Positions 47,937 to 57,424 of a stretch of DNA of 64,000 nucleotides are shown one piece after another. The stretch lies in the IMG/VR virus record IMGVR_UViG_3300025916_000011. One strand, 5' to 3'. The notes beneath the pieces were generated by a model that saw only the letters and a list, made by a program, of their open reading frames with translations, ran no database searches and was not told where the DNA came from. This stretch comes from an uncultured virus (IMG/VR IMGVR_UViG_3300025916_000011) (taxonomy: Duplodnaviria; Heunggongvirae; Uroviricota; Caudoviricetes). The translations under genes were made by a program, and so were the position numbers. The first letter of the stretch is position 1. Each line of letters begins with the position of its first letter.

Positions 47937-48704
47937 ATGCCTTACGAAGCGCCCCCTCTCCCGTATGATCCGCTCGACCCTAACTTCAAACTGGAAGCCG
48001 TGGTAGTTTGCGACCGCTACCACGACTTTCTGCGCTGTACGCTCCCGCACAACAAGTTTATCTTCGACCGGATCGTTGTCGTCACCTCCTTTGAGGACAA
48101 AGAGACTCAGCGAATCTGCGAGTTCTACCATGTGGAGTGTGTCAAGACTGACGCCCTTGAATCCCGCAAGCAGCACTTCTGCAAAGCCGATGGGATCAAT
48201 GAGGGTCTGGCGAAACTCAGCATGGCGGATTGGGTTGTCCACATGGACGCCGATATCTGGCTTCCTCCGCAGACGCGCGACCTCTTGCATCAGGCGGGCC
48301 TCGCGAAACGGATGATCTACGGTATCGACCGCTTCATCGTAAAGGGCTACAAAGAATGGGACAAGTTTCTTGAGAAGCCTTCGCTGCAGCATGAGAACAA
48401 CGCCTGGATTCACATGGGCGCTTTCCCGCTCGGCACAAGGGTGATGCAACGGCACGCGCACGGCTACATCCCCATCGGCTTCTTCCAGATGTGGAACCCC
48501 AAAGAGTCCGGCATTAAAAGCTATCCTGCAAAACACACCGACGCAGGAAGGACTGATCTACTCTTCGCCATGCAGTGGCCGCGAGGACTTCGCGGATTCA
48601 TCCCCGAAATCGTCGGCTACCACCTTGAAAGCGAAGATGCCGCGATGGAGTCGAACTGGAAGGGTCGCAAGACAGCCCCGTTTGTCCACGGAAGCTCTGA
48701 GTAA
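47937..48704 (+). CDS. GT-A fold glycosyltransferase (GT2-like)
   Basis: VVVCDRYHDFLRCTLP, IVVVT, KADGINEGL, WVVHMDADI (DxD), IGFFQMW. Confidence 0.8.
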   Translation: MPYEAPPLPYDPLDPNFKLEAVVVCDRYHDFLRCTLPHNKFIFDRIVVVTSFEDKETQRICEFYHVECVKTDALESRKQHFCKADGINEGLAKLSMADWVVHMDADIWLPPQTRDLLHQAGLAKRMIYGIDRFIVKGYKEWDKFLEKPSLQHENNAWIHMGAFPLGTRVMQRHAHGYIPIGFFQMWNPKESGIKSYPAKHTDAGRTDLLFAMQWPRGLRGFIPEIVGYHLESEDAAMESNWKGRKTAPFVHGSSE

Positions 48705-48719
48705 ATCCCCACTCTTGAG

Positions 48720-49034
48720 GTGAAATCTTCAATGTCAAAACCAGTACTTCTGGTAGATGGAGAAGTGTTTGACCCAGACAAGCCGACACAGACTCTACTT
48801 GATATTAAAAAATTTCTGGACCGGGCTCCGCAGAACGAAGTCTATTCGGTCGGAAGAATGCGGGCATTGGTGAATTGCGGCGATTCGACTGTGCGGAATT
48901 TTGCCGAGCATCCTTACTTTGAGGCTTACCGATTCCAGTACGGGAAACGAAGGAATCTCCACTTCGGGCATCCGGAAGCCATCAAGAGACTCAAGGCAGT
49001 TGTGGAGAAGAAGTTGGCGGAGCGTGGTAAGTGA
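48720..49034 (+). CDS. Hypothetical protein
   Basis: GTGA-coupled to the phosphoesterase. Confidence 0.65.
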   Translation: MKSSMSKPVLLVDGEVFDPDKPTQTLLDIKKFLDRAPQNEVYSVGRMRALVNCGDSTVRNFAEHPYFEAYRFQYGKRRNLHFGHPEAIKRLKAVVEKKLAERGK

Positions 49035-50035
49035 AGATCGAACAGGCCGCACAAGAGGCTGAACGCGATCTTAGAAAGACAGTCCGCGATCTGCTCGTAA
49101 AGCGGCCACTCAGCCCACAAGAACTCGCGGAGGAACTCCAATGCAACATAACTTCCATCAAGTCGGTCCTGAAATCGCTGCGTTTGGCGGGCGCGAATAT
49201 CAGCGAATTGATTGGCGGAAAGCTGTACCTGAACAAACTCCTTCAGTCGGGCGGATCACTGACCCTGCAGGCGAAAGATCGAGGCGACGGGTGGACGGTC
49301 GTGGGATTCATCACAGACAACCATCTGTGCAACCGACACTCGCGCCTCGATGTACTGGAAGCGGGATATGACTTCTTTCAACGGGAAGGAGTGACCCATG
49401 TTCTCAACGGCGGAAACTGGGTGGACGGTGAAGCGCGTTTCAACCGGCACGAACTCATCGTGGCTCCCGGCATGGATCCGCAACTGGATTACGCGATCGA
49501 AACCTATCCCCAAAGACCCGGCGTCACAACACATTACATCACTGGTGACGATCATGAGGGCTGGTGGCTGCACCGTGAATGCGTCAATGTCGGGGAATAC
49601 TTTGAGATGCGTGCGAAGAAAGCCGGACGGAACGACCTTAGCTATCTGGGTCATGTCGAAGCGGATATCCGGCTCAAGTGTGGTAAAGGCGCAGCCGTCG
49701 GGCGACTCATGCACCCCGGCGGAGGCTCTGCGTATGCTCTTTCTTACGCTCCGCAGAAGCTGGTGGAAGCATTTCAGGGTGGAGAAAAACCAGCAGTGCT
49801 CTGGATCGGCCACTACCACAAGTACGACTGGTGCTATCCTCGCGAAGTGCATTGCATTTCCGGCGGCTGCACCACAGACCAATCAGCCTTCCTGAGAAAG
49901 AACAAAATCGGCGTGCATGTCGGCTACGGCATGACGAAGATTCAGCAGGACAAAACAGACGGGCATATCACACGAGTCCAGCACGAATGGGTTCCGTGGT
50001 ACGACCGTGGATACTACGAGCGGCGCTTCGGGTGA
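49031..50035 (+). CDS. Calcineurin-like metallophosphoesterase with N-terminal HTH
   Basis: TDNH, GNWVDG, GDDHE, MHP, GHYH motifs; LSPQELAEEL HTH. Confidence 0.85.
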   Translation: MKIEQAAQEAERDLRKTVRDLLVKRPLSPQELAEELQCNITSIKSVLKSLRLAGANISELIGGKLYLNKLLQSGGSLTLQAKDRGDGWTVVGFITDNHLCNRHSRLDVLEAGYDFFQREGVTHVLNGGNWVDGEARFNRHELIVAPGMDPQLDYAIETYPQRPGVTTHYITGDDHEGWWLHRECVNVGEYFEMRAKKAGRNDLSYLGHVEADIRLKCGKGAAVGRLMHPGGGSAYALSYAPQKLVEAFQGGEKPAVLWIGHYHKYDWCYPREVHCISGGCTTDQSAFLRKNKIGVHVGYGMTKIQQDKTDGHITRVQHEWVPWYDRGYYERRFG

Positions 50036-50116
50036 TCCCGTGTTTTGGGAAGGCGATTGCGAAGACCGTCCTTCAAGAGAAGTGTTGGCGATACTACTGC
50101 TTCAGGAAGAGAGATC

Positions 50117-50380
50117 ATGGAAAAGACGTTTGACGCATTTATTAAATCCGTCCGCGATTCAGTTGAAGGGCATGCCCAGAGGAAAAATTACACCACTGAG
50201 GGCGCAGACGGAGACAACCAACTCCTAAAGGTCTGCGTCCTCCTGGGTATTCACGATCAGCACGCAATCGGAGAAATCATCTACAAGGCAGTCGAGTATC
50301 TGAAGGCGCCACACGCAACGAAGAAAGTCCTGCTTGAGAAGATCGCGGGATGGGCGTTCGTGCTCTGGCGTGAACTCTAA
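50117..50380 (+). CDS. Small helical protein (possibly DUF3310-like)
   Basis: HAIGEIIYKAVEY...LEKIAGW. Confidence 0.55.
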   Translation: MEKTFDAFIKSVRDSVEGHAQRKNYTTEGADGDNQLLKVCVLLGIHDQHAIGEIIYKAVEYLKAPHATKKVLLEKIAGWAFVLWREL

Positions 50381-50429
50381 CTGACACCTGGACAACTCCT
50401 AAGTCCTACGTGAAACACCAACACAAATT

Positions 50430-53400
50430 ATGGCCGACCCTCAAGGCAAATACTCCCTCGCTGATCTAGAAGATTCCCCGCCACAACAGCGAGGGAAGTA
50501 TTCGCTGGATGACCTTCAAGAAACTCCAGCGCCCGCACCCGCGTCTACCGCACCCGCCACACCCGCGCCGATCTCGCGCAAGAATCCCAAACTCCTAGAA
50601 GCTGAAGCAGGTATTCCCGCTGGCCCTGCCGTGGCAGCGGTGGGCGAGAGAGCGATTCAGGATGTAAAGAATGTCGCCACGATGGGGCGCGAACTCGCCA
50701 CGTCGCAGCCAACTCGAAGTCTGCCTTCTCCGTCACTGGCGCGAAGCGGCGCAGTGAGCGCTCCGCAGCAGACACCGGACCAATACAAAGAACAAGCCAG
50801 ACGTGAGGCAGTTCTATCCCATGGCATTCAGGGAGCGGGAGAACTTGCATTGCCAGCGATGGCCCCGGCAGCGGTTGAAGCTCCCATTGCTACAGCCCTG
50901 GGTGCTGCAGGTGGCTATATCAGCGGGAAAGCCGCGAAAGCCGGAACCAAGGCAGCCGGAGGTGGACCGGAAGCGCAGGAACTTGCCGAGACGTTAGGAT
51001 TCTGGGCACCGCTCAGTCTGAGTACCGTTCTTCGACCCGAAGGCGGAATCGACATTTCGCCAGAAGGAACGAGGGCAAGTGGCACTGTTCTCGGTGGGCG
51101 CGTCGGTGCTGGAATTGCCAAAACCCCCGAAGGCGTCACGATCCGCGGCAAAGTCGGCCCCTTTGAAGGCAGTAAGACCTTCGGCGGCAAGCCTCCCGCT
51201 AGACCAGCCATTGAACCCCCGACCATAGAAGCGGACCCAGCCACAGAAGCCCTAGCCCGTCACGACCAGATCCAGCAAGGTGCAGAGCGCATGGCAAACG
51301 GCCAGCCGCCCGTTGCCCCTCCGCCTCCACCGCCAAGCATTCTGGAACGCCCCGGCGCGCCTCCAGAACTGAAGCAAGGCGTCATCTCGCAGCGCATGGT
51401 CGACACGCTCGCGCAGGGAATCTCCAAACTCCCAGAATCTGCTCGTCCTGCGGCAATCCAGCAAGCCCATGAAACGCTTTCCCAAGTTCTGTTAGAAGCC
51501 AGCCAAAAAGGGCCAATGGTCGGGCCAGATGGCAAGCTGATCGCGCCAGTCAAAGACCCCGAGCAAGCCTCCAAAGTCGCCATCGGTCTAATCAATACGG
51601 CTGTTGGGGAATACGAGAAGCAAGTTTCCGCTGCGGTGAAACCAGGAGAGGCGGGCGGAAAGGGTGCGGCGGCGACACCTCCCACTGCCGCACCTAAGAA
51701 AACCAGTAGGGAGAAAGCCGCCGAACTCGCTCCGAAGTCTGGAAAGTACTCTACAAGTGACCTTGCGGAGCCGGAAACGGCCCTTCCTGCGACTTCTACA
51801 TCAGAGGGTAAGCCAGAAGCCACGGAAGTAGAGAAAACGGCTGTAACGGGAAAAGAAGAGGGTGTACAATTCCACCATGAAACGGGCGGAGAAGGAACTA
51901 GCGGAGTTGCTAATGCCCCTGAGCGCGAAAATGTCCCTGCGGCAGGAAGCGGAAGCGCAGTTGAATCTCGAACTGCTCATGGTCAGGGAAACGGTAAAGT
52001 TGCTCCGCAGGTCGAAGTCCAAGGCGCTGAGGGAGCACGGTCAGATGTTGCTGGCGGCGGCGGAACTTCTCCAGAGTCATTACCGCTCCGCAGGGGCGAC
52101 AGGGCCGTCCTTACCCGCCCGACCGAAGGGGAAAACGGCAAGATCTACCCGAAAGGCACCGAAGTAATCATCAAATGGCCGCACCCGAACGGATTAGTAG
52201 CGCGAGCGCTGGTCAATGATGGAAGCCCGGATTGGCAAAACAATGGCCCAAAAATCAGCAAGGGAGTCTCGTCCTTCGCCCGAGCTACCACCGAAGATGG
52301 AACCAAGATCAGCAGAGGAACGTCAGCATTCACCCGAGCAACTGTACCTGTATCGGTGGGAGCTGTACATGGGAATGCCGACGTGCGGGGGAAACAGGAA
52401 GGGGCACCTGTGCCGAGTACTGGCGCGGGGGAAGCGGAACAACGCACTGGTGGAGTTCCTGAGCGACGGCCAGAGGTTTCTGGTGAGCCGGAACGCGCTG
52501 AAGAAAGCCCCGCCAAGTCTGAATGGCAAACTCTCTTCGACCAAGCCTCTAAAATCCAACCTGACAAAGTAGACTCTCTCCGTAAGATGAGCGGAGAACA
52601 ACTCCGTGAAATCGTCCGCGCATCCGGAAATGCTAATTCCGGACAGACCTCTATTTCCGGACATGTCGAAAACGATCAAGCTTCTAATGAACGATCCCGA
52701 AAGGTCTCCGACTACATCGAGAAACTATTTGAGCGTCGCGCGCGCAGTGAAGCCGTCAAGAGCCGCATGGACGAACTCGAAGAGGATGAGCGCGATCCGC
52801 GAGCCATCATGCAGGAGTTTTGGGCTAAAACCTTCCCGGTTCTGGATGAGCGCGGCCGCAAGACGTTCCTCGGCAATTTCAAAGCCCAGATCGGACTCGG
52901 ACCGGGCGATACGATTTCGACCGGACCCAGCGGAAACATTGTCGCCAAATCCCACCAGCACATTACGGACGAGTTTTTCAAGAATGCAAAGACGTTCGAC
53001 GGGCTGGAGCAGAACGAGCAAGCCGTCGTTGCGCTGGCAGATATCGTCAACGAGATGCGGCGCAAGAATGAACCAGTAGAAGCTGCTGCCCCTGCCTTGA
53101 GCGCGCCACAAGGAAAATTAATTGAAGGTGAATCAGGAGCCTCCCCAGTAAGCAACAAAGAACCGTGGGAGATGACTAGAGCGGAGTGGAAGCAGAGTAA
53201 AGGTCTGACATTCACTGGCGGGGTCCATCAAGCCTTTGTCGAGGAAGCACTCGCAGCAGGTAAACAAGTTCCCCCCGAAGTCCTGAAAGACTATCCCGAC
53301 CTGAAGAAAAATGAACCCAGTGTCTCCCCAGTAAGTAAGACAGAGACGAAATCTAAAGTTGAGAAATCTACCCCAGTAGTAGCAGAAGACACCGAACCAG

Positions 53401-56400
53401 CCAAAGAGGAACCGACAAAAGCAGAGAAGACATTCGCTGCCGACCTAAACAAAAAGGTTGATGGACTACGGAAGCAGATCAAGGAACTGGAAAAAGAAAC
53501 TGCCGCACCTGCCGCGTACTTCCAAGATTCCGCGAAGAATGCCAGCGAGCGGCTGAAGCGCGCCGCTCGCAATCAAAAGTTGAGCGACCTGAAATCCGAA
53601 CTCCGCGAGATAGAGCAGGCGCACAAGATTGACCTCGCTGAGAAAATTACGCCGGAAGAGAAGGTTCCCGAGGAAGGCAAGAATTTCGAGGGGCGCTACG
53701 TCCGTGCCTCACTCGAACCAGTAAAGGCCGCATGGTTGGAGAAGTACAAACCACGCGAAGGCGAGGACGTAGACGAGCACTGGAAATGGATGGTCAAGAA
53801 TGCCAGCAACGCGGACAAGCCCGCCGACTTCGCCAAAGGGCATCTCTACATCAAAGTGCCGGACGACGGTTCGTTCTACATCCCCAATAATCCCGCTGCC
53901 ATCGACCACGCACTAAAAGCGGCAGGCAAATTCGCAGCGTCAAAAGTCGGAGAAGCGCTGCCGAAAGCTGGCCCTAAGCCTTTCCGGATGACTTCGCCCA
54001 AGGAATTCGACAATGAGAAGTACGTCGCCGGACTGAAAAAAGAAATCTCGGACCTAGAAAACGAACTCGATTCTGCGGGCGCATTGCAAAAACCCTACAT
54101 CGAAGAACAGTTGAAAGCAGCCCGCGAGAACTTAGTAGAAGCCAAAAAGGAAGAACCAGAGTCTATTCTCGCTGGTGAACGTGGTGAAGTTGCTCCCGGT
54201 GGCCCTCTCTCCGCTGCTGCCGAAGCGGCTGGCGCAGTTGGCAATTACCTTCGCGAAGCCGCCCACTATACCAAGATTGCCCGCGACCTCCAGCGCAACC
54301 TGGAAACCCTCGACACCAAGAAGCAAGCGCTAATCCTGAGTGCAAAAAATACCTTCGAGAAACTGAAAGCCGAAGGACTGACCAAAGAGGATGACGCGAA
54401 ACTCTACCACTTCGTAGAGAACCCCGAAGGCGAATCCCTTGACCCGAAGCAGGAGAAATTCTTCGATCAGGCTGAACCTCTGCTGGATAAGAACTCGGAA
54501 CTCTACACCGAACTGAGCCAGGGCGGAATCCCGATTGAGAATTACGTCCACCGTGTAGTGAAGGGGAAAGGCGGAGTACTCGACCGGATCGCGCAGGGCA
54601 TCAAGGGAATCACCCAAAAGGCCACACTCTCTAAATCCGCGCCACAAACCAAGCACCGTACTTACATGGTGTTGGAGAATCAAAAGGGAGAGCGGCAAGT
54701 AGTCTCGGTCAAGGGTGGGCAGGTTACTTCATGGAAGAACGGCTCCCCAGAAAATCTCGGCGGGATCTCTCACACCCAAGAGGGAACTGTCTTCGAAGAC
54801 AAAGACGGAAACGTCTGGAATCTGAAGCAAGCCACGACCAAGGAAATCGAGCAGCACACGGAGACGAAGTATTATCACTCGTTCTGGGCTTCGACTCTAG
54901 TCTCGAACGTTCAGTTGCAGGGCGCTGTGAATGCGATGCGATTCCTGAACGAGTTTAAGACCAGCCCGGAATTCCAAGAGACTGCCTTCGATCTTAAAAA
55001 AGGGAACGCACCGAAGGGCTGGAAGACCACCAACCTCCAGCAGTTCAATGGGTACGCTTTTGAACCCAGAACCGCCGAAGTTCTCGACGCCTATTACGAT
55101 CGGATGCGCCAAGGAAATCTGGGGGCGCTGGAGCAGGTCGGGAACTTCATGCGGATCGCGATGCTCCTGAATCCGCTCTACCATCCGGCAAACGTCGTCG
55201 CGTCGTGGGCGATGGAGCGCGGCGCAACAGGCTTCTTACTTCCGAGCGAATATAAGATCGCATGGAAGACAGGGAACAAAGCCGTCAAAGCCGTCATCGG
55301 GAAGAATCAGGACTTCATCGACGCACTCGACGCTGGCGGAGCGCTCCAGTCTCACCGCGAGGCCATGAAAGACATCAATAAGCTGTTCTTCGACCAACTC
55401 TCAGAGGGACTCGGCAAGCAGGAACCGTGGGCCATGAAAGTCGCGAAGGCTCTCGGAATTGAACACGGAAACCTTCTAAATATCCTGCACAAGTTCTCCT
55501 CGACCGTAGCCTGGGGAGCAAATGACATTCTGATGCTTCAGTCCGCGTATGCCTATCAGGAGAAAAATCCGGGCGTCTCGCTGGCCGATGCGTTCAAGGA
55601 AGTTGGGCGAATCATCCCTGAGTATCGCGTGCCGACGCGCATCGCAGACAGTCAATTGCTTTCGAAGTTGATGACAAACAAGTGGGTGACAATTTTTGGT
55701 TCCTATCACTACTCACTTTTGCGCTCATTTGGGGAAGTGGCGAAGTCAGCGATCGGCGCGCAGGAACCTCCGCCGGGAAGCTCGAAGGCGAAGGAAGTCG
55801 CGAAGGGTTGGGACCGCATTGCTTTACTCGCTCTCGTCAGTATGGCGCTATATCCGATTTTGGATGAGATGGCGAAAAAGGCCACCGGCGACAAGCATGC
55901 GAGAGTGAAGCGATTCGGCCCATTCGGAATAATCGACGCCGCAGCCGCTACAGCCAAGCACGAGCAATCCGTGAGCCAGACCATGCAGCGCGTTGTCACC
56001 CCGGCGCCACAGAGCAAAGCAGCCGCAGAACTCCTGACGAACCATGAGTTCTACGCAGGTCACAACATTTACGATCCGCATGCTTCGTTCAAAACCCAAG
56101 CCGAGCAGATTGGGCGTTACATCCTCGGGGAGACTGGGCAAATCGGCCAGTACGAAAAAGCGCAAACCACACAGCAGAAGAGGAACTTCGCACTAGGCCA
56201 GGTCGGAATCCAGATGCACAAAACGGCCGCCGAAAAAACCGCCTCCGACATCGCAATGTCGAAAGTCGGGACACAGGCAGAATCCCCAGAGGATCAGGAG
56301 AGTCGTGTCCTTCGCCGGGAAATTCTCGACCAACTGAGAGCAGGGAATAAGAAGCCATTGGTGGACGCCGAGCACGCGCACGACATCACGCCGAAACAAG

Positions 56401-56597
56401 CACGAACGCTCGAAGAGAGAGCCAGGCGGACCCCTCTCCAAGATACCGTCCACGGCTTCACCTACTCAGAAGCACGGAGAGTCTACGAAGTAGCGAGTCC
56501 GGAAGAGAAAAAGGAACTCGACGCGACGATGCGCCAGAAACGTATGAATCTGCTGAAGGCCGGACGTGGGCGAGAAATCACCACCGCAACTCCCTGA
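50430..56597 (+). CDS. 2055-aa large ejection/internal virion protein (gp16-like)
   Basis: Size, position at the end of the ejection cluster, no cysteine seen, low-complexity N-half and helical C-half. Confidence 0.7.
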   Translation: MADPQGKYSLADLEDSPPQQRGKYSLDDLQETPAPAPASTAPATPAPISRKNPKLLEAEAGIPAGPAVAAVGERAIQDVKNVATMGRELATSQPTRSLPSPSLARSGAVSAPQQTPDQYKEQARREAVLSHGIQGAGELALPAMAPAAVEAPIATALGAAGGYISGKAAKAGTKAAGGGPEAQELAETLGFWAPLSLSTVLRPEGGIDISPEGTRASGTVLGGRVGAGIAKTPEGVTIRGKVGPFEGSKTFGGKPPARPAIEPPTIEADPATEALARHDQIQQGAERMANGQPPVAPPPPPPSILERPGAPPELKQGVISQRMVDTLAQGISKLPESARPAAIQQAHETLSQVLLEASQKGPMVGPDGKLIAPVKDPEQASKVAIGLINTAVGEYEKQVSAAVKPGEAGGKGAAATPPTAAPKKTSREKAAELAPKSGKYSTSDLAEPETALPATSTSEGKPEATEVEKTAVTGKEEGVQFHHETGGEGTSGVANAPERENVPAAGSGSAVESRTAHGQGNGKVAPQVEVQGAEGARSDVAGGGGTSPESLPLRRGDRAVLTRPTEGENGKIYPKGTEVIIKWPHPNGLVARALVNDGSPDWQNNGPKISKGVSSFARATTEDGTKISRGTSAFTRATVPVSVGAVHGNADVRGKQEGAPVPSTGAGEAEQRTGGVPERRPEVSGEPERAEESPAKSEWQTLFDQASKIQPDKVDSLRKMSGEQLREIVRASGNANSGQTSISGHVENDQASNERSRKVSDYIEKLFERRARSEAVKSRMDELEEDERDPRAIMQEFWAKTFPVLDERGRKTFLGNFKAQIGLGPGDTISTGPSGNIVAKSHQHITDEFFKNAKTFDGLEQNEQAVVALADIVNEMRRKNEPVEAAAPALSAPQGKLIEGESGASPVSNKEPWEMTRAEWKQSKGLTFTGGVHQAFVEEALAAGKQVPPEVLKDYPDLKKNEPSVSPVSKTETKSKVEKSTPVVAEDTEPAKEEPTKAEKTFAADLNKKVDGLRKQIKELEKETAAPAAYFQDSAKNASERLKRAARNQKLSDLKSELREIEQAHKIDLAEKITPEEKVPEEGKNFEGRYVRASLEPVKAAWLEKYKPREGEDVDEHWKWMVKNASNADKPADFAKGHLYIKVPDDGSFYIPNNPAAIDHALKAAGKFAASKVGEALPKAGPKPFRMTSPKEFDNEKYVAGLKKEISDLENELDSAGALQKPYIEEQLKAARENLVEAKKEEPESILAGERGEVAPGGPLSAAAEAAGAVGNYLREAAHYTKIARDLQRNLETLDTKKQALILSAKNTFEKLKAEGLTKEDDAKLYHFVENPEGESLDPKQEKFFDQAEPLLDKNSELYTELSQGGIPIENYVHRVVKGKGGVLDRIAQGIKGITQKATLSKSAPQTKHRTYMVLENQKGERQVVSVKGGQVTSWKNGSPENLGGISHTQEGTVFEDKDGNVWNLKQATTKEIEQHTETKYYHSFWASTLVSNVQLQGAVNAMRFLNEFKTSPEFQETAFDLKKGNAPKGWKTTNLQQFNGYAFEPRTAEVLDAYYDRMRQGNLGALEQVGNFMRIAMLLNPLYHPANVVASWAMERGATGFLLPSEYKIAWKTGNKAVKAVIGKNQDFIDALDAGGALQSHREAMKDINKLFFDQLSEGLGKQEPWAMKVAKALGIEHGNLLNILHKFSSTVAWGANDILMLQSAYAYQEKNPGVSLADAFKEVGRIIPEYRVPTRIADSQLLSKLMTNKWVTIFGSYHYSLLRSFGEVAKSAIGAQEPPPGSSKAKEVAKGWDRIALLALVSMALYPILDEMAKKATGDKHARVKRFGPFGIIDAAAATAKHEQSVSQTMQRVVTPAPQSKAAAELLTNHEFYAGHNIYDPHASFKTQAEQIGRYILGETGQIGQYEKAQTTQQKRNFALGQVGIQMHKTAAEKTASDIAMSKVGTQAESPEDQESRVLRREILDQLRAGNKKPLVDAEHAHDITPKQARTLEERARRTPLQDTVHGFTYSEARRVYEVASPEEKKELDATMRQKRMNLLKAGRGREITTATP

Positions 56598-56700
56598 TAC
56601 CGAGCGGATCAATACCAATGTGGGATAGGAGCCAGTTCGCGGCAAAGGCCATAATCAAAGCCCCGGCCAGCCAGAGCGGAATCTTTATCGCGTCTTTCAT
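56578..56700 (-). CDS. 40-aa membrane peptide moron; absent from the ORF track
   Basis: MKDAIKIPLWLAGALIMAFAANWLLSHIGIDPLGIRELRW; own TTGACA-N19-CATGAT promoter ending 6 nt before ATG. Confidence 0.6.
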   Translation of the reverse strand: MKDAIKIPLWLAGALIMAFAANWLLSHIGIDPLGIRELRW

Positions 56701-56797
56701 CCTGAAATCATGGACTGGGAAAGACCGTAGCTGTCAATGGTAGTAGGGTAGAATCTCATTTCCCCTGAACTTATGGGGGAAAGAGGGGAGCAGTGCC

Positions 56798-57424
56798 ATG
56801 GGGGAACCTTCCCCAAAGAAAAGTAAGCCGTCCGCGAAGTCTCTTGCCAACCTGCGACCCAACCCGCAGAGCCTAAAAAGAGGCGGGAAAAAACCGCAAG
56901 AATTCATTACCCAGCCCGAGCTCGACTTCTGCAATTACCTGCTCGACGGCGCCACTGGCAAGGATGCCGTGATTTGGGCAGGATTTCCCACCAAAACTCC
57001 CTCCCAACTGGCTTATAACCTCCGCCATAAGCCTATCGTAGCTCGGACACTCGAAGAACTGCAGGAGCAGCGCAAGAAGGAGTCTATTGAGCGCACTTCC
57101 CAACTTCGCGAGGAGCGTCGCATCTTCGCCCACCACCACTCCCTCCACTTAGCCCGCAAGATGAAGACCCACAAGTATCGTGGGGATGCGGACATCGTAA
57201 AGCACGCCGAGAATCTCCTACGATCGGTAGGAGATATCCAGCCGAATACCGTCAGCGCCAAAGCTGGAGCCGTAGCTGGTGCGCTTGCGGCCGCGCCGAC
57301 GGCCACCTCGATCCCGCACTTATTTGTCCCTGCTTGGAAAAAAGCCATGACGCAGGTCGTAGAAGGAGAACCCTCTGTCCCTCAATTGGGAAGCAGCGAG
57401 CCCGGCGCAGGACGCATTCCTTAA
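56798..57424 (+). CDS. terS: Terminase small subunit
   Basis: KSLANLRP; FCNYLLDGATGKDAVIWAGF....AYNLRHKPIV HTH; precedes TerL. Confidence 0.8.
   Translation: MGEPSPKKSKPSAKSLANLRPNPQSLKRGGKKPQEFITQPELDFCNYLLDGATGKDAVIWAGFPTKTPSQLAYNLRHKPIVARTLEELQEQRKKESIERTSQLREERRIFAHHHSLHLARKMKTHKYRGDADIVKHAENLLRSVGDIQPNTVSAKAGAVAGALAAAPTATSIPHLFVPAWKKAMTQVVEGEPSVPQLGSSEPGAGRIP

Noticed and set aside
57334..57345. -1 slippery site GGAAAAAAG fusing TerS to TerL
   Set aside because: TerL is in the +1 frame; a -1 slip enters a 63-codon dead-end frame
38379..57380. TAG stop-codon reassignment (in-frame TAG precedes both non-canonical starts)
   Set aside because: Many genes end in TAG immediately before the next ATG (2636/2637, 18094/18095, 22762/22763), and reading through the terL TAG meets TGA with no start codon
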